NCBI GenBank assembly: GCA_001662655.1
Contig: KV460213.1
Direction: 5' to 3' (one strand)
From: Pseudogymnoascus verrucosus
Taxonomy: Eukaryota
Length of the DNA: 64,000 nucleotides
Positions 49,373-60,498 of this stretch are shown piece by piece. The position numbers and the translations under genes are program-made. Below the pieces are notes generated by a model. That model ran no database searches and was not told the origin of the DNA. It was given only the letters and a program-made list of their open reading frames with translations. Each line of letters starts with the position of its first letter. Within the stretch, counting starts at the first letter, position 1.

Positions 49373-50396
49373 CGCGGGCTGTGTTGTGGAACTGTCGTTT
49401 TCGTGAAGCTCAAAATTATTCGGAATCTTGGTTTGGAGGCGTTGGAGCCTAGTAATTCAGGCATCAATTATTTGAGCCTTGTACTTCGTAGAGAAGGGTC
49501 GTGCTGCCAAGGCCTGTAGAGGGACCGTGCATAGTGATAAATGGTAATTGTCATTGGGAAGAAACCCCTCTGTTCCGTTCAGTTTCTTTTTTGGCATAGT
49601 AAACTCCGATAAAGGTCTAAATATGATAATTGCAGTTGGAAATGACTAAAATGTTTCACTTGTGGTAATAGTTACTGTGCACGCCCACTACTAACTAATC
49701 CGTGGAGTATTTGAACGCATTATTGGCTGACAGCCACAGGTTCCCCGTCTTCGGACTTCGGGCGCACTCCTCATGGGCATTGTCAACCCTCATTTTCATT
49801 TTTAAGGTACTAGAACACACATCTATTTCCAAATTAAGAATAACGTGACGGCCGATGGCAGCGCGTTGACTCGTAAGTGCGATGTGTGATGTGCTGGAAT
49901 TTTCGCGTCACCTCGCATGCCATGCGCCCTGAGAATTCTGCAGCGACATGCGGAGCTGGAGATCTTTGGCCCCCATGCCCCCCCACGGTACCACCGCATG
50001 CTGCATCAAAATAGCGTCGAGAATGGCAAGGAACAAAGAAAACACGGTGCATTTACGCCTCAGAAAACATGGTAGAACAGACTGTATTATTCTCAGTATC
50101 ATCATAGTGCTATTTTTTTGAAGTGCTTTTCCAAAGCCCTCGTACACTACACGTCCTTTTTTTTTGTAGCGAAACCGTTGAAATCCAAAATCAATCCCTA
50201 ACCCTGCTCATACATATTCTCCTGGACGCCCCAATATTCCTTCTTGCGCCGGACTACGTCCCAATATCCATTCAAATGAGCATACCAAATCTAAGCCAAG
50301 TCGTTTCATATCATATCATACAGGTGCTGCTGGAAGCAAGTGTTCGCCTCGCTCCAAGAAATCGCTGGCGCACAGATGATGTGAGAGCATAAATTT

Positions 50397-50801
50397 CTAC
50401 CATCCGTGTCGGCCCTGTGTTGGCGACGTTGGGCTGGAGTTGCCAAGGGCCTTGAGGGCCACTTCTGCAGCGTCTTCTTTGGCGTTGTTGAGGTATTGGC
50501 CGTCGTACCAATATCGGGCGGCAATGCTTTGGCCGGACACCGTGACAGTGCTAGACCAAGCAGTTCGGCCTCCTTATGACAAATGTCAGCTGGATTTTTT
50601 AAAGAACTTGAATTTTGAGCGTTCATACCTCTTCTGTCGGAGACAATGCTGAAAACCGGTGGGTTGATTTGCGCGGTGCGGCATCTCTCTGAGAGATATT
50701 AGAATAAACGTTTAATGGCGCCAATGAGCTGTGTGCTGTGACCCACCTTGAAGCTTATCTTGCCAGGTGCTTGTTGCAGGACTGGGGCTTGAATAAGACA
50801 T
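50397..50801 (-). CDS. Small (96 aa) stand-alone dsRNA-binding-domain-like protein
   Basis: Exons 50801-50747, 50688-50629 and 50572-50397 with GT..AG introns and branch points (CTAAT, CTGAC) give MSYSSPSPATSTWQDKLQERCRTAQINPPVFSIVSDRRGGRTAWSSTVTVSGQSIAARYWYDGQYLNNAKEDAAEVALKALGNSSPTSPTQGRHGW*. The alpha-beta-beta-beta-alpha pattern with AKEDAAEVAL resembles a dsRBD. Confidence 0.85.
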
Positions 50802-53800
50802 GTTGAATGTGTATATCTATATACGTGGATATATAGTTGGAATTGAGCGAGTGGTTGGTGAGTACAGAGAGTAATTGTTGGAAAGTTTTAGCTTGGAAGA
50901 AAAGTTGATGAAGCTGTTGAGCATCCGGAATCTTTATACTTATTCTCTATTGTGACGAATAATTTGGTGCTACCATGAAACAGCTCATGGGTAGCTTGAT
51001 GTAGGACTAGTTGGCACTCATGAGGCCAACGCGAAGGTGCAGGCGGATATGCAACCTAGCCAGGACTCGGCACCGTGCATCCCACAGAACAAATTCCGGT
51101 CGTATGATCCGAAGGTAAATATGGCTCGCCCTGAGATAGCATCTAAATTTGGCCAAGCGCTGCAAGGTAGTCCAGGGGGGGGCGACGAAGGATGAGTTTC
51201 AATAGCTTCATAGTGAAAGTTGTACAAATACACTGAGGGTGAGCAAAAGCAATTTGGGGGCTCGGCATAAAAAAACGATAAGTGCCAACACAGCAGAGAC
51301 ATGTATTTGGGGGTAAATACCTATGGACTAAGACCAATTCGTATGTATATCTAAGAGCGGATGAGTAATGAACAGCATGTGTGTGTGATTAGGTTGAAAT
51401 GAGTTGGAACGATGGCCGAGGTAAGCGTGAGCACGCCTCTGGCGCAGTTGGGTTCTGGAAGGACAGGACCCCTCCTGATGCCTTATCTTATTAATGTGAC
51501 CGTAATCGCGGGAATTTGTGAGTAGATCCGCTTAGAGGCGCGGTATGCACTGGAGGCTAGCCAATTGGGCCGAATTCGACATGACCACCAACGGTGGGAA
51601 TGGCGCTGGCAAAGCTTACCTGCATAGCGCCCTTGCAGCCTCGTCCGTAAATTGGAGAGAGTTGACTTTTTAGTAAATGCTGTCGTTTGGATAAAATATT
51701 CCTGTCAAACCGAAACATGATATGATCTGGCGCCTGTTGAAAGGCGGAGGCGGATGCAGCAAGGTTCAGGCTGGCTGCGTGGATGCGTACCCGTTTATCC
51801 CCTGTCGCTTTTACCCTGTTCCAGGCACTTAGTCACCAATGGATGGTATTTGCCTCGTCTGAGCAAAGAAAATCTACTGCAATGAGCAAGACAATATTTC
51901 TGAGCAATTTGGTTCTCATGGTACTAATAAACGTGCGTCTGAAATGGACAGTGAGACATCCAAGAAGTCTCAACCCCCCCTCCCCCCCGCCCCCTTATCT
52001 GATCGTGCTAATTCCAAGGGGATGGAAGATGGCAGGCATCTAGGAAGACGTTAGAAGCAAGTCATTTCTTCTCATGCTGTGTCGTACGTATCTCCTGGTT
52101 GGGTATGCGTGGTTGGGAGTACAAAGCACAGGGCATGGACTAATACAAACAGTTTCCTTCTGAAAAGAGTTTATCTCAGCTCTGACAAACAATATATTGT
52201 CGCCTCATTGGTATCATCCTCGTGGCGCTTCTGGTACATGACGAGTCACTTGCCCAACCGATCTCAGCATGGATCTTGCAGATCGTAAGGCTTCTAGGTG
52301 TTGAGAGAAAGGAAGCTGCGGGAGCTTCTGTGGGGGTATGTGAGGTACGACAAGCTGGCTCAGAAAAGTGCCGCTTCCACCTGGTATATGTGGAAAACCG
52401 GCGGTGAAGTATACAGCATCAGATCCCAGTAAAATCACAGATTATGTAAAAATACAGGACAGCTAGTACACAGCTCCACCTGCCGGAGTGGCTTGCCGTC
52501 GGACTGATGCATTGCACGGCGAGATCGTGATCACAGCCGCCATCGTCAATGGCGGCAACATACATGTCGGCGGGGTACATAGCCTTTGAAGCCTTCGAAA
52601 ATACTATTCCAAATGTACCACATTTCTTTGCCCAGTAGAGCGACGTCAACGCCCTGAACCTTGCACACCGGTCGGCGATCTGATGCAAGCCCAGAACTCG
52701 TCATCTACTTTGGGGTAAAAAATCCTGGGCCTACTCGTAAAGTAGCAATGCCCAAGGTATTGTGTGCATCGCTTTCAACCTCGCCTTGCACTATCTCGGC
52801 GTCGCTGCAACTTCAATGCAACCCTGGAAGGTTTAGGTGGCCTGTGAGCTTTGGTCAGATAACCCTTGATCGTTGGTTGGTTGTTGGTTGATCGTGGGAT
52901 GAGCCAGTTTCAAAAGGGGTAGATATTCTGAGGCCAGTAGGAGGTGACCCATCGGCCGCGCAAATATGATATGCATGACGGCCTGCTGTGTCGCCTGAGA
53001 CAATTTGATGGATTCGTGGCAGGTAATTAATTCGATAGGTTTGTACGCGTGACAAGAAATACAACTCGTAGAGTACAAATTTTGAGATGGGAATGTGCAT
53101 GATAAATCACTTAGTAGGGGTCTCAAAACCTTGTCACCTATTTAATATGTACAAAAACAAATGCAAATAAGATGGAGTATTTTGGTCACTCAGAGCTATA
53201 ATTATCATTACGGCAATTCAACGACCTCGTTCTCATTAATTGAGACGAAGAGAGGTATTTTATTAGTTTTAATTGTAGGAATTATATCAATTTCCAGCAA
53301 TTAACGATTCCTCGGACTACTGGGCTGCACACGCACGAGTCGTGACACCCCATGGGGATGAATCCATAAGGCTTTGGGCTCCATGTCTACTCCCACCCAC
53401 CCAATGGCGCCCCCCGCGCCCGCGTGCTCTCCCCAGCATTCCTTGTAACTCAGCGACTCGCAAGCCTCGTTACTGAGATGCGGCCCGCACCGAGGTGGCA
53501 CATCGCAATCACGAAGGGACCCCAAGATTGCGCAACATGGTGACTGACCAGATGCGTCCCGAGGGCGGCCTTACACCCGCTAGATCGAGCACGATGCTGC
53601 GTTATGCATGTGTTGTTGTCGTATGCAGCTATGCCCAGCGCAGCGCGCCCTGTCCGGTCTGCGCGATCTGACTGGCTAGGCGCACGGAGAAAGGTAACCG
53701 CAGCATCCGCCTCGGCACTCTGTCGCAAGGGTCCACCGATTGAGACACGTTGAGCTCAGGGACAGATGGTGTGTGAGGGGCTGTGGTTATGGATATAGCC

Positions 53801-55191
53801 GTGGGAGGGTGCCGTTGGGGGCTTTTGGGGGGTCACTTTTTGGAGGTGGCAGATGGTGACTGCGAAGCAAGAACTCGGGTCAGCTTACAAACGATTACGT
53901 CGGCGACAATATTGGATTGCCAGCGACGACGGCTTTCCACAAACAGAAAAGCTGACGATGAGATGAACCTCGCAAAGCTTCACCATTGCCTTTGTCCGAC
54001 TTTAGGCGTGCCTCTCTGACAGTCTTTTTCTCAATGGAGTGCTCTGGAATTGCGAGAGTTGAGAAGCTAGTTCCAAGTCTTCGAGTTGGGCTTCGGTATG
54101 AGGGTTTCAGTATCACAACCTGCTGTCTTGACCGTTATTTCCAGATTGAACCCCGACGATCGTTTTCGCGCACTGAGACCATGGCGATCGGATCATTCTG
54201 CTTAGACGCCATCTTAGGGAACGTGAGACACGTTGTCCCGCTAAGGCAACAGTAGCTTGACAAGGACACAAAAGCGCATGTGAGAAGCTGCTTCCTGGGC
54301 GTCTAGAAGACATCTTGGTTTGGTAACTGCCTCATAGTCACTGGCACTGCACTGATTCCCAAGTGCGAACTTCTGATGGAATTCCACGATCTAGACCATG
54401 TTGCCCCTTGGGTCACTTGCCACCCCTTGTTATTATTTACCAGGTGATAATCTCACTACCGGAATGTTCAATATCAGTCAAGGGACTATAGGAAAACAGA
54501 TCTCATATTTTCCAATTACACTTATATTGAGCAAGTCTAGTTGTGTGGCCTCTGGGTATGACCATGCGGTTATGCCAAAAGTGCAGTGAAGTTGCAAAAG
54601 AGTTGTTAAGCTGGAAAGAGTGTGAGGTGGAACAACTGAGATGCGAGTAGTGAGAGACAATAGATGAAAGGATGGTATGGGAGAGAGTGCATTTGCCAGT
54701 CAAAGACAGCTGGATCTCCATCATTCTGGTCTGATTGAAGTCAACAAGTCAACAAGCGAATCTTCCAGCTCAATAGACCTTTGGCTCTACTAGTATCCTA
54801 CAAGCCACCCAAACATGTTGACGAGATTGTTGGCCACAGTCAAGTTATGTGATGTGATAAAGATTGATCCTCTTTGCGACTAAGGAAGAGATGCCCCCAG
54901 CGGTGGCTGCGAGTCTGCTCCTTGGTCGTGTAGTGAGGCGCCCTTGACGACTTCATTATTCCCCAAAAAATTGACTTCTATCATTGACACTGTCTAATAT
55001 CATATCCCACCGTTCGTTCGCTTCATGTGACATTCAATTGAATACTAGACGCAGCATGATGGTCTTTGGATTGCATAGAGGACGCCAACGGAGAATACTC
55101 TATGAATGTCAATATGGAATCACCATATCCCTGTGCCGCTGCACGAATCATTGGCATGAATTATTGGCATGAGGCTGGCGTTGTAATCTTC

Positions 55192-57135
55192 CTAATTAAC
55201 TTCCATAGCATTCCGATTTAACGCCTGCGTAACCGCATCATCATGCGCAAGATCTAGAGCAGACACTCCCTCATCGGAACGAGCGCTCAAGTCAACGTCG
55301 TCGCACATCATAAACATCCGTACTATCTCAACACAGTTCGCCTCTACCGCGCCCATCAGCGGCGTGTATCCATTGTCATCTCGCGAGTTGACGTCTACAC
55401 CACTCCACCCTAACAACAGCGGAACCGTATCAACACGCCACTTCCATGCCGCAATACTTAGAGCAGACATTCCTTCATCGCAACGAGCGTTCACGTCAAC
55501 GTCGTCGCACATTATAAGCATCCGTATCACCTCAATATGGTCCCGCTCTACCGCGCCCATCAGCGGCGTGTATCCACGGCCATCCCGCGAGTTGACATTT
55601 ACACCATTCCACTCTAGCAACAACAAAACTGCGCCAACTTGCCCCTCCTGTGCCGCAACGGCTAGAGCTGTCATTCCTGTGATGCTCTGAACGTTCACAT
55701 CCACATCATCACGCCCTAATAGCAGTCCCATTATCTCAGTATTGTCATTCTCCGCCGCATGCATCAGTGGCGTGCGACCGCGGTCATCCTTCACGTTGGC
55801 GCTCACATCACTGCGCCCTAATAGCAGCGTAACTGCGTCAATATGCCCTTCCTTTACCGCAGTAGTTAGAGCTGACATTCCTGTGATGCCCTGAATGCTC
55901 ACATCCACATCATCACGCTCTAGGAGCAGTCCCATTATCGCAGTGTCGCCATTCTCCGCCGCATGAATTAGTGGCGTGCGACCGCGGTCATCCTTCACGT
56001 TGGCATTTATATCACTGCGCCCTAATAGCAGCGTAACTGCGTCAACATTCCCTTCCTCTACCGCAGCAGATAGAGCTGATATTCCCAGCATGCTCCGCGC
56101 GTTCACATCCACATCGTCCCGATCCAAGAGCATCTTCATCATCTCGATGTGGTTATTCTCCGCCGCTATCCGTAGTGTCGCCTTACCATAGTAGTCATCA
56201 TTCTTGACTTTCACTTCACCCCACTGCAGGAGCACTTTCGCTACCTCAGTGAATCTATGTTGCACCGCCAGCGATAGTGAGGATATGCCAGGCCTCCCAT
56301 TAGCATTCACTTCTGTGCGTTTAAGGAGCATCTCTACGACACGAAGATGCCCAGATTCCGCCGCATAGGCCAGCGGCGTGTACCCCATCAAGTTCACCAT
56401 GTGGGCATCAATGGGCCCGCGCGAGAGGAACAGCTCGACGATCGCGATGTGACCGCGCCCTGCTGCAGCCGAGAGCGCCGTGAGATTGTGGCCGATTTCT
56501 CCGTCAGCGCGCATGTCGGGCCGCTGCCGCAGCAGCATCTCCACCACCGCCGTATGCCCCTGGGACGCGGCGATCATGAGCGGTATGTCATAGAATCGGT
56601 TATGGCGTTTGGCAGCGACATCAGCTCGCGCGAGGAGGAGCGAGACAATGTGAATGTGGCCCTCAAACACGGCGAGTGAGAGAGGCGTGCGATGGATGTA
56701 ATCGGCGTGATCGGCATCCGTGTCGGGATGGATAAGGAGGACCTCGACTGTTGCGAGGTGCCCTCCGGCGGCGGCGTACGAGAGCGGCGTGCGACCGTGG
56801 TAGTGGTGCTGTGAGGGTATGACGCTGTAAAAAGGGTCGCAGAGGTCGTTCAGTGATAATGCGGCGGGGATCATAAACATATCGGCATGGACGTTCGGGT
56901 CCGTAGCGGGGTTAGCGAGCAGTTCTCCCAGCACCCTGGCGTCCCCATCTTGGGCGAGGAGGTGCAGGAGTGTCTCCCCACTCTCGCCCACAGCATGGGA
57001 GTGTGTGGAGGAAATAGCGGCAACTGTTAGGGGGACGGCGCGGATGAGAGACAGAATGCTATTGGGGGACAAGTAGTCAAGGACTTGGTGAATGATATCA
57101 AGAGGGAGATCGGACAAAGTTGCTGGTGTTTTCAT
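55192..57135 (-). CDS. Ankyrin-repeat protein with N-terminal F-box-like motif (647 aa)
   Basis: LSDLPLDIIHQVLDYL F-box-like start, then about 15 ankyrin repeats (GRTPLSYAAAGGH, GYTPLAYAAESGH, GRTPLIHAAENG). Intronless. Confidence 0.9.
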   Translation of the reverse strand: MKTPATLSDLPLDIIHQVLDYLSPNSILSLIRAVPLTVAAISSTHSHAVGESGETLLHLLAQDGDARVLGELLANPATDPNVHADMFMIPAALSLNDLCDPFYSVIPSQHHYHGRTPLSYAAAGGHLATVEVLLIHPDTDADHADYIHRTPLSLAVFEGHIHIVSLLLARADVAAKRHNRFYDIPLMIAASQGHTAVVEMLLRQRPDMRADGEIGHNLTALSAAAGRGHIAIVELFLSRGPIDAHMVNLMGYTPLAYAAESGHLRVVEMLLKRTEVNANGRPGISSLSLAVQHRFTEVAKVLLQWGEVKVKNDDYYGKATLRIAAENNHIEMMKMLLDRDDVDVNARSMLGISALSAAVEEGNVDAVTLLLGRSDINANVKDDRGRTPLIHAAENGDTAIMGLLLERDDVDVSIQGITGMSALTTAVKEGHIDAVTLLLGRSDVSANVKDDRGRTPLMHAAENDNTEIMGLLLGRDDVDVNVQSITGMTALAVAAQEGQVGAVLLLLEWNGVNVNSRDGRGYTPLMGAVERDHIEVIRMLIMCDDVDVNARCDEGMSALSIAAWKWRVDTVPLLLGWSGVDVNSRDDNGYTPLMGAVEANCVEIVRMFMMCDDVDLSARSDEGVSALDLAHDDAVTQALNRNAMEVN

Positions 57136-57614
57136 GGTCGTGTTCCCGAATTTACCTCTTGCTTTGCAGCAGAGGTATCTTGGATTAAGTGAAGGGACTA
57201 ACGGGGCTAAACTGCGATATATCCTGGCCTGCGGTTGTCAACTGTAACCATTGACATGGAGGCAAAAGAGAGGGGCGCAGGAAGTCTCGCAGCAAGAGTG
57301 ACGGCGTAACCTGTAATATTATAGTTAACAATCTAGACGGAGAACTAAACACATAAAGTCGGATGTGCCTTGCAGCTCGGCTCGTAGTCGGAGCAATTAG
57401 GCTGTCCTGTGGTAAGCAAACATAATATCTTCATCAACACTCCCTCGATATAAATAGCTATTCTTACATGAGCCAATTTGAGTAACTACGCACTGTAGAA
57501 GATAAGCACATGTATATGATATTTTTTTGGCCTTGAGACGAGACGATTTGCCCACTCCAATGATTTATAAGACGGATAGGAAGACAAGGCTCCAGTGCCA
57601 GTCGAGGATGTTAA

Positions 57615-57890
57615 TGTAACCCCTGAGTATGACTACACGTGATTATAATTGACGTGATTATAATTGACGTGATTATATAATCTGTTTCGAAACGGAATCG
57701 AGAAGGAACAGAGAAAGGGGGTTATCCCCCCCTTCCTTCTTTCCTTTGCTTTCATCTAGATTAGGAAAGACCAAGGCAATGGTTTTTCTGATCTCTGGTG
57801 CTATGGATTTTCGTTAGTCGAATACCGATTGCGGATTATTTGGATAATATATATTCGTTGATCCAGTAGGTTAGCATTGCGAAGTTGTCA
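57615..57890. mobile_element. Possible LTR remnant (solo or 5' LTR) of a retrotransposon
   Basis: 276-bp segment bounded by TGTAAC...GTTGTCA with an internal 15-bp tandem repeat. No matching target-site duplication and no gag/pol seen. Confidence 0.35.
57637..57677. repeat. 15-bp tandem repeat (ACGTGATTATAATTG), about 2.7 copies
   Basis: Directly visible in the sequence. Confidence 0.9.
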
Positions 57891-59748
57891 TTTTTGAGGC
57901 TAAAGCTTCAGATAGGCACTTGATAATCCTGACATACTGTCATTTTCTCAAAAACAATGGTTGGGGATGTTTGTACGAGACTGCATAGATCTATGTTGAC
58001 GCCAAGCGAATCACAAATGCGGATACTGAAAGTGCCCCGATAAGTTTTTGATTGTGCCAACCTCAGCCTCCAATTTAGCCTGGGGAGGTTTAACCAGGGA
58101 CATCCAAGGCTGGCTGCTGACTCTGGCCATGTGACATGGCGATACTTGGAAATAGGCAGTCTCTGCCTCAAAGCCACGTGCTCACTATTTCGGGGCTTTG
58201 AATAAAGATACCAGTCTAACCGTCGGCGAGCTAGTATGCGGTATATTGTGGTATCTTTATTTTGCCGCGAAGGAACCCGTAGACCGAGAAAGACGATGAA
58301 GCTCCATTGCTGCGCAGAGGCTTTGCTTTCGAACATTAAGTGAGGTCAGTGGGAACGGCATGGTTGCGTCTCCAGTCCGTCCAAGCTGGCAAATAAAGCG
58401 ACGGTAAGCCATCAGATGATGAGCCTGGCACATTAAAGAGTACCAATTCTTAACGTCTGTTAGATTAAACGTGATAGTTTACCAATTCGACACCCTGCAT
58501 CACACGACACCGCACCGGAAGGAATATTCTCTAGGTCATATCTGTTATTGAACTCTTGCGACAAGGTCACCGACGCTCTACTTGTCAAGGAGCCTTCTTG
58601 AAAACCTGTCGCTGTGTACAATGGTGGTTCCATACAGATGCTGCATGACCGAAGTGTGTATATTGGATGTAAGGATTCCCCAGAGATGACACAAGTGAGA
58701 AGGGTAATGTCTATGTTGACGGGCGATGCTGACGGGCCGAAGGGCCTAATCTCTAAACAAGAGGACAAATGAAGGTGTTATATACATCGTCTGATCTGGG
58801 CGTCGCGGAGCATCCAGATACGGAGGACTGTTGTCCACACGGCACTTATGGGGTGCGTGGATCGCCGAGGCCAGCGCTGACGTCTGTGATCGGCACTTTG
58901 GTATGGCCCTGCACACGAGATAGGCCATTGCTGGAATTGTTGAACTGAATTGTGGAGACGAAATTGAACTTCGCTTCTAATCTGCCACGAAGATATGAGA
59001 CGGGACAGTGGGCGCTTTTCACTCAGAATAAAAGCACCGTTATCCCTAGATATATCTTTCTGATTATCGCCGCCAATAGGCGGCTTGACGCCAATATTGA
59101 TGCTTAGTCCCATCTGCCGGTGAGACTTTCAAACGGCCATGCACACCCCGGACCGACTCGGGCTTTGTAATTTGAGCTGACATGCTAATTGGCAGTCACA
59201 GTGGGTTTTGCATATATCCCCCATATCACCGGGGAATATGACCAGTTCTCCGGGGCACAGAGGCAAGGGGCTCCCACATTCCTAAGACCCCCGGGGCAGC
59301 GAGACAAGGGGGTGCAATAGAATGTAATATCTCGGGGTCAAGAAGTGAGGAACCACTACAAGGTAAAGACACATGTACGAAAACAGGTTGCTTGACATGC
59401 TTCGCACGAGCAACTCTCGTTGCTTCCACCACGGCCAAAGTAGGTACGGATTGGAAGCCTGACAGAGCCAACGCCATTGGTGGTGAAGGTGTGGGGATGT
59501 GGGGGCAAGGACGAGAGAAAAAAAAAAGCCACCCAAGACCGGCAGCTTTACGTCGGGAAGGAGCAGCCGACATAAAGCAGCGGCATCGTACAGTAATTAA
59601 GAGCAAAATGTCACGTACGGCACTTGCATGAACCACACAACAAGCACCAGCCAATTTCAGTACCATGAATATTTCCGGTTACGGACTTTGTGGAGCTGAT
59701 GGAGCTGACTAGAGAATTTATAAGCCTTGATTTACCCCGTTTTTAAAG

Positions 59749-59767
59749 TTATCTGATGATCAGATAA
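59749..59767. promoter_or_regulatory. Palindromic double SreA/Urbs1-type iron-responsive GATA element
   Basis: TTATCTGAT-G-ATCAGATAA is two inverted copies of the ATCWGATAA consensus, about 730 bp upstream of a ferric reductase. Confidence 0.75.
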
Positions 59768-60498
59768 TGCTAGCGCTGCCAATTACAGTCGCACCGATAG
59801 ATCCACCGGGATCTGCCCGGTGGATCTTATCGGTGCGATTCATACTATGGAGATGGATCTTATCGGTGCGACTCGTATACATCCGATCTTTATTCGTCAG
59901 GGGCAGCTGGTAAGGCTCTATTCGAATAACTACCTGCCAAGTGAAGCTTGCTTTGGGAGAATGAGGTCCGGCCCGATCGATAATGAGAATCCGCTGGCGT
60001 TGAAAAAAACCTCAACTCCACTCACATATGTTGGGTTGGACCGTGGGCTCACAAAGCAATTTGAAATCACACACGACACACGATTTGCACTGCCTTCTAC
60101 CCTCATCCCTGGCTCTTCATTTGGGGTGATTAAAATCAAGTTTGGATAGGCACCCTTCATCCGACGGATATGTGTTACGTCAAACAGATCTCGGTCTTTT
60201 AACCGGATCATCATGAGCCCACTCACTGACACCACAGTATGCCGCAGAGTTTAGAAAAATCATGTAAGGGATAAGGGAGGGACCATATGCTCTCCACGAG
60301 CATGCATCCTGCAACCGTGGGTACCACGCTTTCGTTTCTTTCCCGACGGGTGCTGCTGCGATTGTTCTACACCCCTTCTTATTCCTGAGGACTTTTCCGA
60401 AATATACCGCGCTTTGGCCTCTATTCTCGCCGAGTGCTCCTACAAGAGTCTTGTTTCCATTCTTCTTCCTTTGTATAACTTTTCGGAAAGCGAATACA

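Noticed and set aside
51000..55150. Possible gene remnants in the long intergenic region
   Set aside because: No recognisable motif in the frames examined; tBLASTx would be needed to exclude decayed genes.
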